Of a stretch of 21,476 nucleotides of DNA, positions 1-9,452 are shown piece after piece; the stretch's first letter is position 1; the number at the start of each line of letters is the position of its first letter. Source of the stretch: a virus. Taxonomy: Duplodnaviria > Heunggongvirae > Uroviricota > Caudoviricetes. The stretch covers positions 1-21,476 of the IMG/VR virus record IMGVR_UViG_648276645_000003, one strand, 5' to 3'. The notes beneath the pieces are model-generated. The model saw nothing but the letters and a program-made list of their open reading frames with translations. It was not told the origin of the DNA and did no database searches. Both the position numbers and the translations under genes were made by a program.

Positions 1-1236
1 CTACGATAACCGCGCATTCAACATAGCTACCTGTTCGTCGTTCATGTCATCAATCCACATACCGTAAATTTCATACACCATCTGCGCAGTTTCATGCCCC
101 ATCTGGCTGGCTATAAATGCCGGGTTCGCTCCTGCCGTCAACAGCCAGCAGGCAAAAGTATGTCGCGTATGGTACGGATTACGGCGGCGAATACCAGCAC
201 GTTTTACTGCTGCATTCCATCTCGCACCCAAACTGCTTACCGAGTAATAAGGTTTCTGTTTTCCGTTACACATCCTGGGCATGAAAACAAAATGCAGTTT
301 TTGCTTTTCGGTTCTGCCGTACTCCCGATGATAAAAAGTGATTTCGCTTTTGCGATGATGCCCGGTCAGTTTGTATTGCTCCTTCAGTGCTTCAAGAGCT
401 GGCTGTAGTAATGTTACCGTCCGGATCCCGGCATTTGTTTTTGGGGGACCGAACATATCCAGTATCGTCAGGTTTCTTCTGACATTCACAGTTCCCTTCT
501 CGAAATCCACATCCTCCCACGCCAGAGCTGCCAGTTCCCCGTGACGAAGCCCGGAGTAAACGGCAAATTTCCACAAGTTCTGGCTCTGTCCTTTTTCACT
601 TTCCATTAATGCATTGAATTCTGTTTTAGATAACGGATCTGGCTTTATTCTGTTTCGCTGTAATTTTTTTACTCCTTCAAATGGTTTGTTTGATATAAAT
701 CCCGACTGATAAGCAAAACGTAACAAAGAACAGAGCAGGGCGATATAGTTATCAACTGTGCGCACGGTTCTTCCTTTTTTGTTAGATCTTGGATTATCCA
801 GGTAAAGCGTTTCTCCATGCAACAGTTCATTCCGGTAATTTAAGATATCGCTATAACGAATATGTGATATCGGGGTACTTTCAGAAATTATTATCCTGAG
901 TGTTTTTAATTGTGATTTCGTTTTCTTCATTGTGTTTGTTGTTAACTCTGTCTCTTTAATTTTTGCCCAGATATCACAAAGCTCCCCGAATGTTTTTATG
1001 ACTCTCGTTGTCACCATTTTTGCCCCAGTGCTGGACTGGGGAAAACGTCTTAAATACTCAAATTCACCGGAGTTTATTTCATGAACTATCAGCGCTCTTA
1101 AATTTCCGGCCTTTTTAATATTACTGTTTGTAATCTCCCAGCCTTTTAATGTTTCCCGACATCGTTTTCCTCGAAACATGAACCAGATGCGAATGTTTCT
1201 ACCTCTAATCTCGACACCTGTTGGTAATTTAGACAT
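1..1236 (-). CDS. intR: Prophage integrase (tyrosine recombinase), Rac IntR-like
   Basis: 411-aa ORF, stop at 1-3, ATG at 1234-1236; N-terminus MSKLPTGVEIRGRNIRIWFMFRGKRCRETLKGW matches my recall of Rac IntR; C-terminal HTRHTFA ... MVYEIY segment fits the tyrosine recombinase catalytic region. Confidence 0.9.
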   Translation of the reverse strand: MSKLPTGVEIRGRNIRIWFMFRGKRCRETLKGWEITNSNIKKAGNLRALIVHEINSGEFEYLRRFPQSSTGAKMVTTRVIKTFGELCDIWAKIKETELTTNTMKKTKSQLKTLRIIISESTPISHIRYSDILNYRNELLHGETLYLDNPRSNKKGRTVRTVDNYIALLCSLLRFAYQSGFISNKPFEGVKKLQRNRIKPDPLSKTEFNALMESEKGQSQNLWKFAVYSGLRHGELAALAWEDVDFEKGTVNVRRNLTILDMFGPPKTNAGIRTVTLLQPALEALKEQYKLTGHHRKSEITFYHREYGRTEKQKLHFVFMPRMCNGKQKPYYSVSSLGARWNAAVKRAGIRRRNPYHTRHTFACWLLTAGANPAFIASQMGHETAQMVYEIYGMWIDDMNDEQVAMLNARLS

Positions 1237-1237
1237 A

Positions 1238-1453
1238 TCATGAGTCTTTGATAAACTGATTTATCTTTGGATAGTTGTACCAGATAATCCCTCGTTTGCT
1301 GTCTGGCTTACCTAAAGGAGATACTCGTTTGAAGTGGAAGCCTTCCACCCAACAGTTCTGGCGGTATGCTTCAATTTGTCTGGCCCCCAGACCAGTGCGA
1401 AGCATCAGGCCGTATTCAACCATCCACTCTTCATTAAAGATTACTTGTGCCAT
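1238..1453 (-). CDS. ydaQ: Excisionase-like protein (Rac YdaQ/XisR-like)
   Basis: Immediately upstream of int on the same strand; 71 aa from internal ATG at 1451-1453, which has an AGAGGTG Shine-Dalgarno 5 nt upstream; the longest ORF extends to 1477. Confidence 0.8.
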   Translation of the reverse strand: MAQVIFNEEWMVEYGLMLRTGLGARQIEAYRQNCWVEGFHFKRVSPLGKPDSKRGIIWYNYPKINQFIKDS

Positions 1454-1552
1454 CGCATCACCTCTGGCAGGCGCCAATGTTAGACTGAAATTGACGCCTG
1501 ATGTTGATTATTAATAATCAGCTATGAAGTTTTAATTTGAATACAATGCAAT

Positions 1553-1741
1553 TCACGAGGACTGAAGTTTCTCGCAATTAAAATTTATCAGTTTTACTTT
1601 CTGCTCTCTGGAAACGCCTGCTTCTTTTTTACCTGAGAGCATTTTTTCGCATTCTGATTTCGTTAGTTTAGATTTTGAATATCTTGTCCAGTTAGTAGGA
1701 GTGCCACCTTCCTTTTCAATAGTGGCGGTAATTTTATACAT
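1553..1741 (-). CDS. ydaC: Small prophage protein (YdaC-like)
   Basis: 62 aa from ATG at 1739-1741, preceded by GGAGGTG with 5-nt spacer; 8-nt overlap with the stop of the upstream ralR-like gene; longest ORF extends to 1813. Confidence 0.65.
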   Translation of the reverse strand: MYKITATIEKEGGTPTNWTRYSKSKLTKSECEKMLSGKKEAGVSREQKVKLINFNCEKLQSS

Positions 1742-1940
1742 GAACACCTCCATTATTATTTCCAGTGGTTCGTTTATTCCACCTTTCGAGTGCTTCTTTT
1801 TCACTTCCACCATAACCGGTTCGGGATTCGCATCCGTTACACTTCGCTCGGTAATATCCTGAAATGGCTTTCACCGTTACTGATGGACAACCACAAAATG
1901 GACATGGTTTAACATTGTCATATCTCGTGATTTTTCTCAT
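1734..1940 (-). CDS. ralR: Restriction alleviation protein Lar / RalR (type I toxin)
   Basis: Translation MRKITRYDNVKPCPFCGCPSVTVKAISGYYRAKCNGCESRTGYGGSEKEALERWNKRTTGNNNGGVHV matches my recall of Rac Lar/RalR; Cys-rich; alternative upstream ATG at 1967. Confidence 0.8.
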   Translation of the reverse strand: MRKITRYDNVKPCPFCGCPSVTVKAISGYYRAKCNGCESRTGYGGSEKEALERWNKRTTGNNNGGVHV

Positions 1941-1984
1941 AAAGAATATTTCAAGTTGGCGGTGCATTACACCGCCAGGCTGAA

Positions 1985-2794
1985 TTATTCCTCTGAATTA
2001 TCGATTACACTGTATTCCCCGGTTAATACAGAGGAATCTGCAGGATCGATTGTCAGTGGTTCCTTTTCATCCATTGATACTGCACGCTGGATCTCAATTG
2101 ATACGGGCAGGTATTTGAACAGGCGACGAATAGCCGTTTTCTTTGCCATTTCTTCCCAGTGAGTTACCCACGGCCTGTTATTACCAGCTTTACTCTGGCT
2201 GCGCACCAGCTCAATCTGTTTGCGCGTCATAACTTCAAACTGAGTACCTCCGTCTTTCAGTCTTGCGACAGCATAGACGTGGGTAACCGGGGCATCTTCG
2301 TTTTCTCCTGGGCGGTGTATTAACTTTTCATCAAGGCCAAATTCGAAATTAAACTCGTCACCTTCACGGACAACACGGGCTGACAGGCTGGCGATTTGAC
2401 CTGAACGGCGAGCCAGATCAATCATGCCGCGATAGCCAATGATTAGCTGAACGTTTTTTTTACCGCTCTTTTCGTTTTTATTACCAAAAGGCAGTAAATA
2501 TGCATGACCGAGGGCGCTACCGGGCTCAAGTCCGAGCTGTGAACACTGTACGATTGCACTGACAAAACTCATAGTGTCACAGTTTCCTAACGCCGGAACT
2601 TTACGAATTTCTGTGGTGGCGATACGGATCATACGTTCAGCCGTCATATGGCGTGGAAGAGCTGCTGCCAGTTGCTCTTTCATTGATGGCTGGTTAATAA
2701 AACTAATCACGTCGTTATTTTTAATTGCTGCTGGTGCACGGTTTCCCTGAGTTTTTTGCAGATCGGCTTTTGCGATTGGTGGTTGCTTAGTCAT
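1985..2794 (-). CDS. recT: Recombinase RecT (single-strand annealing protein)
   Basis: Translation from [23 protein letters not shown] matches RecT as I recall it; start ATG at 2792-2794 overlaps the recE stop at 2787-2789; longest ORF extends to 2851. Confidence 0.9.
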   Translation of the reverse strand: MTKQPPIAKADLQKTQGNRAPAAIKNNDVISFINQPSMKEQLAAALPRHMTAERMIRIATTEIRKVPALGNCDTMSFVSAIVQCSQLGLEPGSALGHAYLLPFGNKNEKSGKKNVQLIIGYRGMIDLARRSGQIASLSARVVREGDEFNFEFGLDEKLIHRPGENEDAPVTHVYAVARLKDGGTQFEVMTRKQIELVRSQSKAGNNRPWVTHWEEMAKKTAIRRLFKYLPVSIEIQRAVSMDEKEPLTIDPADSSVLTGEYSVIDNSEE

Positions 2795-5447
2795 TTGCAT
2801 ATTCCTTAGCCCAGCGGGGCAGTGATAACGTCTTAATAGCTGGCCATTCATCGGTATTGAGGCAGTCAGCCAGGGTTCGCAGATTGCGGTGATATTCCAG
2901 CTGACCTACCTGTTTTGCTTCTTCGCCCATCATGAAAATTTCAACCGGATAACGTCCGCATTCAATAGTTGTGCTGGCAACCAGAAAAACGAAAGTTGGC
3001 TGCACTCCAAACTGTGCTTCATAACCGTCACTGTAGAATGCATCCTGAACGTGATAGCGGTAGTCGTAATAAGCGGTTTTGAATCGTTGAATATCCGCCG
3101 TAGTTTTCACGTCCATGATCCAGTGAAATTCAGGGATAATTTTGTCCGGACGGCACCGACACAAAATTCCTGTTTCAGGATCTTCCCAGTAAATTGATGA
3201 TTCAGCGTGTCCGGCGCTTTCAACAAGCCATTGCCCCAACGGCAAAGCCATAACGCTTTGATACATGAGTTCAATTTTCCGGCCTTCTTCCGCAGTGATA
3301 ACCGTTTTTCCTGTGCTTGCGCATTCCATCAGAAACGCTTTCTCTTCTTCTTTTCCGGCGTTTGTACGGCGGTTAAATTCAGGTGCTACGATAAAGCGGT
3401 TACTGAATTCTTCCGGTTCAAGTACCCGGCAGTGGAAAGCGGTTCCTAAATCGAGCGTTTTTGTCTTTGTGGTGTCCACGGGGGCATTTTTACGCCACAA
3501 ATACAGTGCGGGAGTATCAGCAATGTCATCGAGCTGAGACTTACTGACACCGGGACCCGCGTGGTAATTCTCATTCGAAATTCCGTAATAAATACCTGGC
3601 TCTATGTCTTCTACGATTACGGGATCTGCGACTTCGCCAGTTTCATCACTGCAATCGCGATGCGGATCGCTGCCAGCATTCTCATGGTGCGGATGTTCAG
3701 CGCCTTCCATTTCCTCCGGATCATTTTCCTTAGCTTCAACCTGATTCTCTTCATCGAATGTTTCCTGGTATGTTGCGTCGCCCATCACCGCACCACAGTC
3801 AGGGCAGTTATCCCCGCCAGTCTGGCCGCAGGCATTGCAGGCTATTTCCGGTTCCTGTTGCACTACTGGCTCAGGTTGTTTCACATCCGGGCTGATTTTT
3901 TCCGTTTCTGGTGTGTTTTGTTCCGTTTCTGGCTGGGAATCGCGAGTCAGGATCCCCTTAACCCATTTCGGATCGTTCGGGTCGCTAATTCCGTCAACAA
4001 ATTCACCACGTGATGCGGCAAGCAATTTATCGGCATCGACAGGATTTTTTGATGGAATGTTTTTCCGGGCTTCATGGAGTTCTGCCCGCAGTTCCTGATA
4101 TTTCGCATCAACAGAATTTACCTGTGACTGAGCATCCAGCGGCTGCGTGTCCTGATGATGTTCAGTTGCGTCCGGTTCCATTGTTTCAGCCTCTCCCTGT
4201 TCATCTGCCGTTGTTCCAGATGGTTGCGGTTTTTCTTCATCATCCTGTTTTCCTTCTTCTGTTACTCGCTGCGGCATCGGGGCAGAGGAGCGACCGCAGG
4301 CAATATCCACGATTTTCGGATCAGGGTTGGCATGATCGGTTTCAGTCAGTACTTTGTTCAGATATTCAGTGACGTGTGCGGGGATGACCTCGATCCCAAT
4401 TGGTGCTTCTTTCACGGACGCAACCACGATGGCGCGGGAATAATCCAGCCCGCCAGGCATGGTGATGAATTTGTCGCGGAAAACAGAAAAGGGCGGTTTA
4501 TTTTCAGCGATAATTTCCTCAATGCGTTTAGCGTGTGCCGGATGAAGGTTATAGATGTCCACGTCCATTGAACGGGCCAGTACGCCAGTGGCTACATCGC
4601 GCGCCAGTGACGTCAGATCGTGGACGAAACCTTCGCCGCGATCGGTGAGGTTCCCGCCGCCAGCATTAGCACCGGAAGCCGTGCGAGTGATGCGTGAAAC
4701 ACGATTCCCTTTTCGCCATTCTTTTGTCAGAAGACCGCGATCAATGTGTTCGGTATCCAGCCAGGCTGAAATGAAATTCTTAAATTCATAGGGCTGATGT
4801 TTTTTCGTGATAGAGAAAACTGCCTTAATTGCATCAGTCAGGCGGAGCAGGGCGGCATTATCCAGAGTTGTCGGTTCTGCCATGCCGCGTATGGCCAACA
4901 GCAGATTCTGGACATAGCTGTTTTCCTGATCCATCTCAAGAGCAGTAATGTGTTCGCGTTGTTCTCGGGTGGCATGATGCAGGTATTTCCGATCCCCGGC
5001 CGCATAGGTAAAAATGTGCAGAAGACGCTGTGTGAACCGCAAAGTAGATACAGAGATTTCGCAATCCTGGCAATCCCCGTGAGCGTCTGCCCGTGTGTTT
5101 TCTTCCTGGCCTCCCGCCAGTTCTTCGGTTTCCGGTGCATCCTCCTGATGGTGAACGTCGTCTGGCGCTGCTCCCGGTTTTAGTTCCCAGGTCATGGAGT
5201 CTTTGCTGAGTTGATAGCGTTCACTCCAGGTAAAATCGATCTCACCTTCAGGGGGAAGGTCATTAACGACAGGAAAATTCGTGGCAACAGGTTTAAAATA
5301 GCTGCTCAGTTTTTTACCTGACTTAACGAGCAGGTAGTCCAGAGTGGCACAGGTCGATTCAAAATCGTCGCTTGCCCACAGGACGACGTCAGGTTCACCG
5401 GATGATTTTTTCGCTTTCCGTAACAGGAAGAGTGGTTTTGTGCTCAT
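2787..5447 (-). CDS. recE: Exodeoxyribonuclease VIII (RecE)
   Basis: 886-aa ORF beginning [26 protein letters not shown]; acidic, low-complexity central region and a C-terminal nuclease region as in Rac RecE; directly upstream of and overlapping recT. Confidence 0.9.
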   Translation of the reverse strand: MSTKPLFLLRKAKKSSGEPDVVLWASDDFESTCATLDYLLVKSGKKLSSYFKPVATNFPVVNDLPPEGEIDFTWSERYQLSKDSMTWELKPGAAPDDVHHQEDAPETEELAGGQEENTRADAHGDCQDCEISVSTLRFTQRLLHIFTYAAGDRKYLHHATREQREHITALEMDQENSYVQNLLLAIRGMAEPTTLDNAALLRLTDAIKAVFSITKKHQPYEFKNFISAWLDTEHIDRGLLTKEWRKGNRVSRITRTASGANAGGGNLTDRGEGFVHDLTSLARDVATGVLARSMDVDIYNLHPAHAKRIEEIIAENKPPFSVFRDKFITMPGGLDYSRAIVVASVKEAPIGIEVIPAHVTEYLNKVLTETDHANPDPKIVDIACGRSSAPMPQRVTEEGKQDDEEKPQPSGTTADEQGEAETMEPDATEHHQDTQPLDAQSQVNSVDAKYQELRAELHEARKNIPSKNPVDADKLLAASRGEFVDGISDPNDPKWVKGILTRDSQPETEQNTPETEKISPDVKQPEPVVQQEPEIACNACGQTGGDNCPDCGAVMGDATYQETFDEENQVEAKENDPEEMEGAEHPHHENAGSDPHRDCSDETGEVADPVIVEDIEPGIYYGISNENYHAGPGVSKSQLDDIADTPALYLWRKNAPVDTTKTKTLDLGTAFHCRVLEPEEFSNRFIVAPEFNRRTNAGKEEEKAFLMECASTGKTVITAEEGRKIELMYQSVMALPLGQWLVESAGHAESSIYWEDPETGILCRCRPDKIIPEFHWIMDVKTTADIQRFKTAYYDYRYHVQDAFYSDGYEAQFGVQPTFVFLVASTTIECGRYPVEIFMMGEEAKQVGQLEYHRNLRTLADCLNTDEWPAIKTLSLPRWAKEYAND

Positions 5448-5548
5448 TGTTTTTTAACCTCAACTCAGATTAAAATTCGTTTTGTTCAGTGAATGATCTT
5501 GCCGGATACACACTGCTCATAGCCTGCGCCATACGCAGGCTATCTCTT

Positions 5549-5824
5549 TCAGATTTCACCTTTTAATTTCATTGCAATCAGAGCTGCCAGAAATTCGGCT
5601 TTTTTTTCTGCGGGCAGATTCTTTCCGGTATGCACCAGGCACATTTTTTTGACACCTTCGTGAAGTGTTTTAACGTTGCCTGATGGACCGTCGATATCAA
5701 CCACAGTGAATGGGGTTTCTTTATTTTCTGTTTTAATCACGTAGCCAATACGCTTTCCTTCCAGATTAACCTCGTGAACAATGTCATCGGTAGTTACAAC
5801 AGTGGCTTCATAATTGGTAATCAT
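5549..5824 (-). CDS. racC: Rac prophage protein RacC
   Basis: Translation from MITNYEATVVTTDDIVHEVNLEGKRIGYVIKTENKETPF matches my recall of RacC; ATG at 5822-5824; longest ORF extends to 5872. Confidence 0.8.
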   Translation of the reverse strand: MITNYEATVVTTDDIVHEVNLEGKRIGYVIKTENKETPFTVVDIDGPSGNVKTLHEGVKKMCLVHTGKNLPAEKKAEFLAALIAMKLKGEI

Positions 5825-5898
5825 GTTTTTCTCCTTAATTAAGGTTGAGCGAATCCCTGCCATTGCTGGCATAAATTCAGTTTCGAATACTCAGTTAA

Positions 5899-6069
5899 TT
5901 AAAGTTCGTGTTCCATCTGGTCTTTTTCGGCACAGATTTCACTACAATATTTTTTCATTTCCGTTGTTGGGATAACTCCACGCATGAAATGAAGTGGTCT
6001 TGTAATGCTTTTGCTTTCTTCAACTTCTTTATCGCAAAGGTGGTAAGCACATTTTATTTTCTTAGTCAT
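5899..6069 (-). CDS. ydaE: Small Cys-rich protein (YdaE-like, putative zinc-binding)
   Basis: 56-aa ORF absent from the supplied track (below size cut-off); hand translation [56 protein letters not shown]; its ATG at 6067-6069 overlaps the kilR stop in an ATGA arrangement. Confidence 0.7.
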   Translation of the reverse strand: MTKKIKCAYHLCDKEVEESKSITRPLHFMRGVIPTTEMKKYCSEICAEKDQMEHEL

Positions 6070-6290
6070 CACCATGACTCCGCCTTTACAGGTAAACCAT
6101 CACGACCGAGGAAGACTTTAATCATGCAGTCAGAAATGCATGTTTTTGTAGTCAGGTTACGAATATAAAGTTTTCGCTTTTTAATATTGTTTGCCGAGGC
6201 AATATATGTCCGGCCGTTATGAAGAACATAATCACCAGGAGTCACACACTGACGTGGTATTTCATCAGTTCCGCAGTGATGTGCAATCAT
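6069..6290 (-). CDS. kilR: Cell-division (FtsZ) inhibitor KilR
   Basis: Translation [73 protein letters not shown] matches my recall of KilR; ATG at 6288-6290 with GGAGA Shine-Dalgarno 6 nt upstream; longest ORF extends to 6302. Confidence 0.85.
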   Translation of the reverse strand: MIAHHCGTDEIPRQCVTPGDYVLHNGRTYIASANNIKKRKLYIRNLTTKTCISDCMIKVFLGRDGLPVKAESW

Positions 6291-6731
6291 AATTATCTCC
6301 ATTTTTACAAATGAACTTTGTTGATGCGGTGCCTGGTGCTTCCAGGTGACTGCAACCAGTTAACAATTACAGTCGGCTTTCCCACCCAAACCAATAAGGA
6401 CTAACATGACTTTTAACTGTGCCACGTGCGCTTAGCCGCATTCACCGCATCACAAAATTCACTTTAAAAAGGGCGGACATCAGCCGAACTTCAAGAAAAA
6501 AACTGATGCCGCCAGGACTACACACAGCAATGTCGTTATTTACAACCGGAGGCGCACTCCCACCATTTAAATTTAACAGACAAGACCGACTCTTTATGGA
6601 TATCGGAAATGCGCCTTCGTGTTGTGCCCGGTTTTATTTCACCACCTCCGGGCTTCGGTGGTCTCGGCTATACCCCTACAGCGAGAGCTTGTGTTAACAT
6701 TTCAATACCCTTACAGTTGAGAGTTATTGAT

Positions 6732-7220
6732 ATGTTGGATGTATTTACTCCATTGTTGAAACTTTTTGCTAACGAGCCACTCGAAAGACTTATGTATACG
6801 ATTATCATTTTTGGTCTCACTCTCTGGCTGATACCGAAAGAGTTTACTGTCGCATTCAATGCTTATACTGAAATACCTTGGCTCTTTCATATTATCGTTT
6901 TTGCCTTTTCTTTCGTGGTCGCCATTTCCTTCTCAAGATTGCGAGCACATATTCAAAAGCATTATTCATTACTACCAGAGCAACGAGTATTGCTTCGTTT
7001 ATCTGAGAAAGAAATCGCTGTATTTAAAGATTTCCTTAAAACAGGAAATCTTATTATCACTTCTCCTTGCCGTAACCCGGTTATGAAAAAATTAGAACGG
7101 AAGGGCATCATTCAACATCAGAGTGATAGCGCAAACTGTTCTTATTATCTCGTCACCGAAAAATACTCCCATTTTATGAAGTTATTCTGGAACAGCAGGA
7201 GTAGACGTTTTAATCGTTAG
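6732..7220 (+). CDS. sieB: Superinfection exclusion protein B
   Basis: 162 aa from internal ATG at 6732 (MLDVFTPLLKLFANEPLERL...); hydrophobic membrane segments; position between kil and the immunity region as in lambdoid phages; longest ORF begins at 6609. Confidence 0.85.
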   Translation: MLDVFTPLLKLFANEPLERLMYTIIIFGLTLWLIPKEFTVAFNAYTEIPWLFHIIVFAFSFVVAISFSRLRAHIQKHYSLLPEQRVLLRLSEKEIAVFKDFLKTGNLIITSPCRNPVMKKLERKGIIQHQSDSANCSYYLVTEKYSHFMKLFWNSRSRRFNR

Positions 7221-7372
7221 CTTACTGTGTGCTTCTCCAACCATCGGCGCGCACCAGTTTCGGTTTTAAATGTTTTGCTTTTGGTATACGTCATGGCAGT
7301 GAACGTTCCATCCTGGTTGGGGAACACGCCGCACACCAGGGATTCGTTGTTGCCGAGGTCGATTTTTTGCAT
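7217..7372 (-). CDS. ydaF: Small prophage protein (YdaF-like)
   Basis: 51-aa ORF not in the supplied track; hand translation MQKIDLGNNESLVCGVFPNQDGTFTAMTYTKSKTFKTETGARRWLEKHTVS; convergent with sieB, 4-nt overlap of stop codons. Confidence 0.6.
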   Translation of the reverse strand: MQKIDLGNNESLVCGVFPNQDGTFTAMTYTKSKTFKTETGARRWLEKHTVS

Positions 7373-7382
7373 TTTGCGAATC

Positions 7383-7517
7383 TCACATCTTGTTGCTACG
7401 TATAGCGACTTCTGCCTGCCAGAGATCCCAGTCGTTGTTGCGTAAAGCCTGCACAGCCTGGCTGTAAGTGATACCGCAACAATCCATCAAATACTGAACT
7501 ACTTCATAATGCACCAT
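7383..7517 (-). CDS. ydaG: Small prophage protein (YdaG-like)
   Basis: 44-aa ORF not in the supplied track; hand translation MVHYEVVQYLMDCCGITYSQAVQALRNNDWDLWQAEVAIRSNKM; immediately upstream of the ydaF-like ORF on the same strand. Confidence 0.6.
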   Translation of the reverse strand: MVHYEVVQYLMDCCGITYSQAVQALRNNDWDLWQAEVAIRSNKM

Positions 7518-7764
7518 CTTATCTCTCCCCTTAACGCTGGGTGGCGGAACGTTTTATCTACTGCGCTTTGTATCAATCAACAACTGCCGTCATGTTCGTA
7601 TGCCTCAGGCTGGCTACTTAGCCCTGTTCAGTGGCTGGATAACTCGAGGTATTGTCCTGCCGTTCTCTGGTGGGGCGTTGTTTGGATATGTTTATTAAAC
7701 ACAAAATGATTTTCCGTGTCAACACGAATTGTGTTTTGTGGTGAGGTGTCATATGATGATGATA

Positions 7765-7789
7765 CAAAAAAGCCCGCTGATAGCGGGCT
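7765..7789 (-). terminator. Rho-independent terminator downstream of the repressor gene
   Basis: Perfect 7-bp stem AGCCCGC/GCGGGCT with 5-nt loop at 7771-7789; an A6 run at 7765-7770 gives a U-tract on the minus strand, 28 bp past the repressor stop. Confidence 0.7.
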
Positions 7790-7816
7790 GATAGGCATAT
7801 TACTGTGATAGCAAGA

Positions 7817-8239
7817 TCATTGCTCCGGTGGGGGGGTATCTTTAAGCCTGCCTCTCAAATATTTTTCTACATACTCGTCGATTTCTTTTAGCCGAACTTC
7901 AAATAGCTCAATCATTCGTTGTTGTTCTGAGCCCGGTAGCTGGTTAAACAACTCTAGAAGTTTTCGTTGGGATTCATTTAACCACAATTCAGAAGAGTCT
8001 TTTTCTCCAAACAGGAGTTCAGGAGGAGATATGCCCAGTGCCTTTCCCAGTACGACAGCATCATGCACTCCAACATTTCTGCTGCCCGCCTCATAGTTAC
8101 CTATACGCGATTGCGTCCATCCGCAGATTTCAGCAAGTTTTCCTTGCGATAAACCAAGCTTCTGCCTGCGCTCTTTAAGACGCATTGCAATTTTGTCATT
8201 GAGCCTACTAGCGGCAATTTTTTCGTTTTCTTTTTCCAT
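7817..8239 (-). CDS. Prophage repressor, HTH XRE-family (CI/RacR-like by position)
   Basis: 140-aa ORF; HTH-like segment LKERRQKLGLSQGKLAEICGWTQSRIGNYEAG; divergent from the Cro-like gene across an operator-containing intergenic region. Confidence 0.8.
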   Translation of the reverse strand: MEKENEKIAASRLNDKIAMRLKERRQKLGLSQGKLAEICGWTQSRIGNYEAGSRNVGVHDAVVLGKALGISPPELLFGEKDSSELWLNESQRKLLELFNQLPGSEQQRMIELFEVRLKEIDEYVEKYLRGRLKDTPPPEQ

Positions 8240-8335
8240 TGCATCCTTGTATCACGAATCGTGATTCACATAAAACACAAAACAGCTTGACCGCATAACA
8301 CAGGATGTGTTTAAAATTGTCGTCGGAGGTTTTCA
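8240..8335. promoter_or_regulatory. Divergent immunity-region promoter/operator
   Basis: Perfect 15-bp palindrome ATCACGAATCGTGAT at 8251-8265; rightward -35-like TTGACC at 8287-8292 and -10-like TAAAAT at 8312-8317; GGAGG Shine-Dalgarno before the ATG at 8336. Confidence 0.6.
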
Positions 8336-8578
8336 ATGAACAAAATTTCAACATATCGAAAACAGCTTGGCCTGTCTCAAAGACAACTCGCTGTTCAGTT
8401 AGGGTGGATACAAAGCCGACTAGCAAATTACGAAGCAAACTTTCGTACCCCTGGGCTAGAGGAGTGCAGAAAAATTGTTTCCACCCTTAATCGGCTTGGC
8501 GCTCATTGTGGACTTGACGATGTATTCCCCCCAGACGGTAAGCATAGCGAAAACAGCATAGGAGCGGTTGATTCATGA
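8336..8578 (+). CDS. Cro/YdaS-like HTH DNA-binding protein
   Basis: 80-aa ORF with N-terminal HTH-like segment RKQLGLSQRQLAVQLGWIQSRLANYE; strong GGAGG RBS; divergent from the repressor. Confidence 0.8.
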   Translation: MNKISTYRKQLGLSQRQLAVQLGWIQSRLANYEANFRTPGLEECRKIVSTLNRLGAHCGLDDVFPPDGKHSENSIGAVDS

Positions 8579-8997
8579 AAATCAGGCATGAGCATATCGA
8601 ATCAGTGTTGTTGGCCCTGGCATCTGAAAAAGGGCAGGCATGGGTTGCCAATGCGGTCACTGAAGAATATCTGCGCCAGGGGGGCGGCGAATTGCCCCTG
8701 GTTCCAGGCAAGGACTGGAACAATCAGCAGAATATCTATCACCGTTGGTTGAAAGGTGAAACGAATGCGCAAAGGGAAAAAATTCAGAAGCTGATCCCAG
8801 CAATTCTGGCAATCCTTCCGCGCGAGCTGCGTCACCGACTCTGCATCTTCGATACCCTGGAACGCCGTGCATTACTGGCGGCGCAGGAAGCGTTAAGTAC
8901 GGCAATTGATGCGCATGATGATGCAGTCCAGGCCGTTTACCGGAAAGCGCATTTCAGCGGTGGCGGGTCTTCCGACGATTCTGTCATTGTTCATTAA
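8575..8997 (+). CDS. ydaT: YdaT-like prophage protein
   Basis: 140-aa ORF; ATG overlaps the stop of the Cro-like gene (ATGA); position and length match Rac YdaT as I recall it. Confidence 0.7.
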   Translation: MKIRHEHIESVLLALASEKGQAWVANAVTEEYLRQGGGELPLVPGKDWNNQQNIYHRWLKGETNAQREKIQKLIPAILAILPRELRHRLCIFDTLERRALLAAQEALSTAIDAHDDAVQAVYRKAHFSGGGSSDDSVIVH

Positions 8998-9009
8998 GCA
9001 AAAGTTTCC

Positions 9010-9429
9010 ATGCTGTTTGTGCTTATTCTAAGCCACCGGGCAGCATCATACGGGGCAATTATGGCCGCATTACCATACATGCAACTGTACATAGCTGATT
9101 ACCTGGCTGACACCATGCATTTGTCAGCAGAGGAGCATGGTGCGTATTTGTTGCTGATGTTCAATTACTGGCAAACAGGAAAGCCAATACCTAAAAACAG
9201 GCTGGCAAAAATTGCCCGTCTGACTAACGAGCGATGGGCTGATGTTGAACCATCCTTGCAGGAGTTTTTTTGCGATAACGGCGAGGAATGGGTGCATCTT
9301 CGGATTGAGGAAGATCTGGCATCAGTCAGGGAAAAATTACCAAAAAATCAGCCGCAGGAAAAGCATCTGTTCAGGCCAGAAGAAGCAGAAAGGAAGCAGA
9401 TGTTCAAACAAAACAAGAGAGAAATTTAA
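9010..9429 (+). CDS. YdaU-like replication-region protein, N-terminal segment (possibly split by frameshift)
   Basis: 139-aa ORF; the ATG at 9061 (MAALPYMQLYIADYLADT...) has a better RBS (ACGGGG) than 9010; ends at 9429 while the next ORF's frame is already open from 9309. Confidence 0.55.
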   Translation: MLFVLILSHRAASYGAIMAALPYMQLYIADYLADTMHLSAEEHGAYLLLMFNYWQTGKPIPKNRLAKIARLTNERWADVEPSLQEFFCDNGEEWVHLRIEEDLASVREKLPKNQPQEKHLFRPEEAERKQMFKQNKREI

Positions 9430-9452
9430 CAGGTGTTCAAACAGATGTTGAA

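Noticed and set aside
2889-5183. Series of plus-strand ORFs (102-150 aa) overlapping recE
   Set aside because: All lie antisense within the recE coding region, which is strongly supported; the long open frames are a by-product of recE codon bias
5518-5545. 10-bp inverted repeat ATAGCCTGCG...CGCAGGCTAT between recE and racC, considered as a terminator
   Set aside because: No U-tract follows the hairpin on the minus (coding) strand, and recE appears to be co-transcribed with racC; more likely an RNA processing or stability element, if anything
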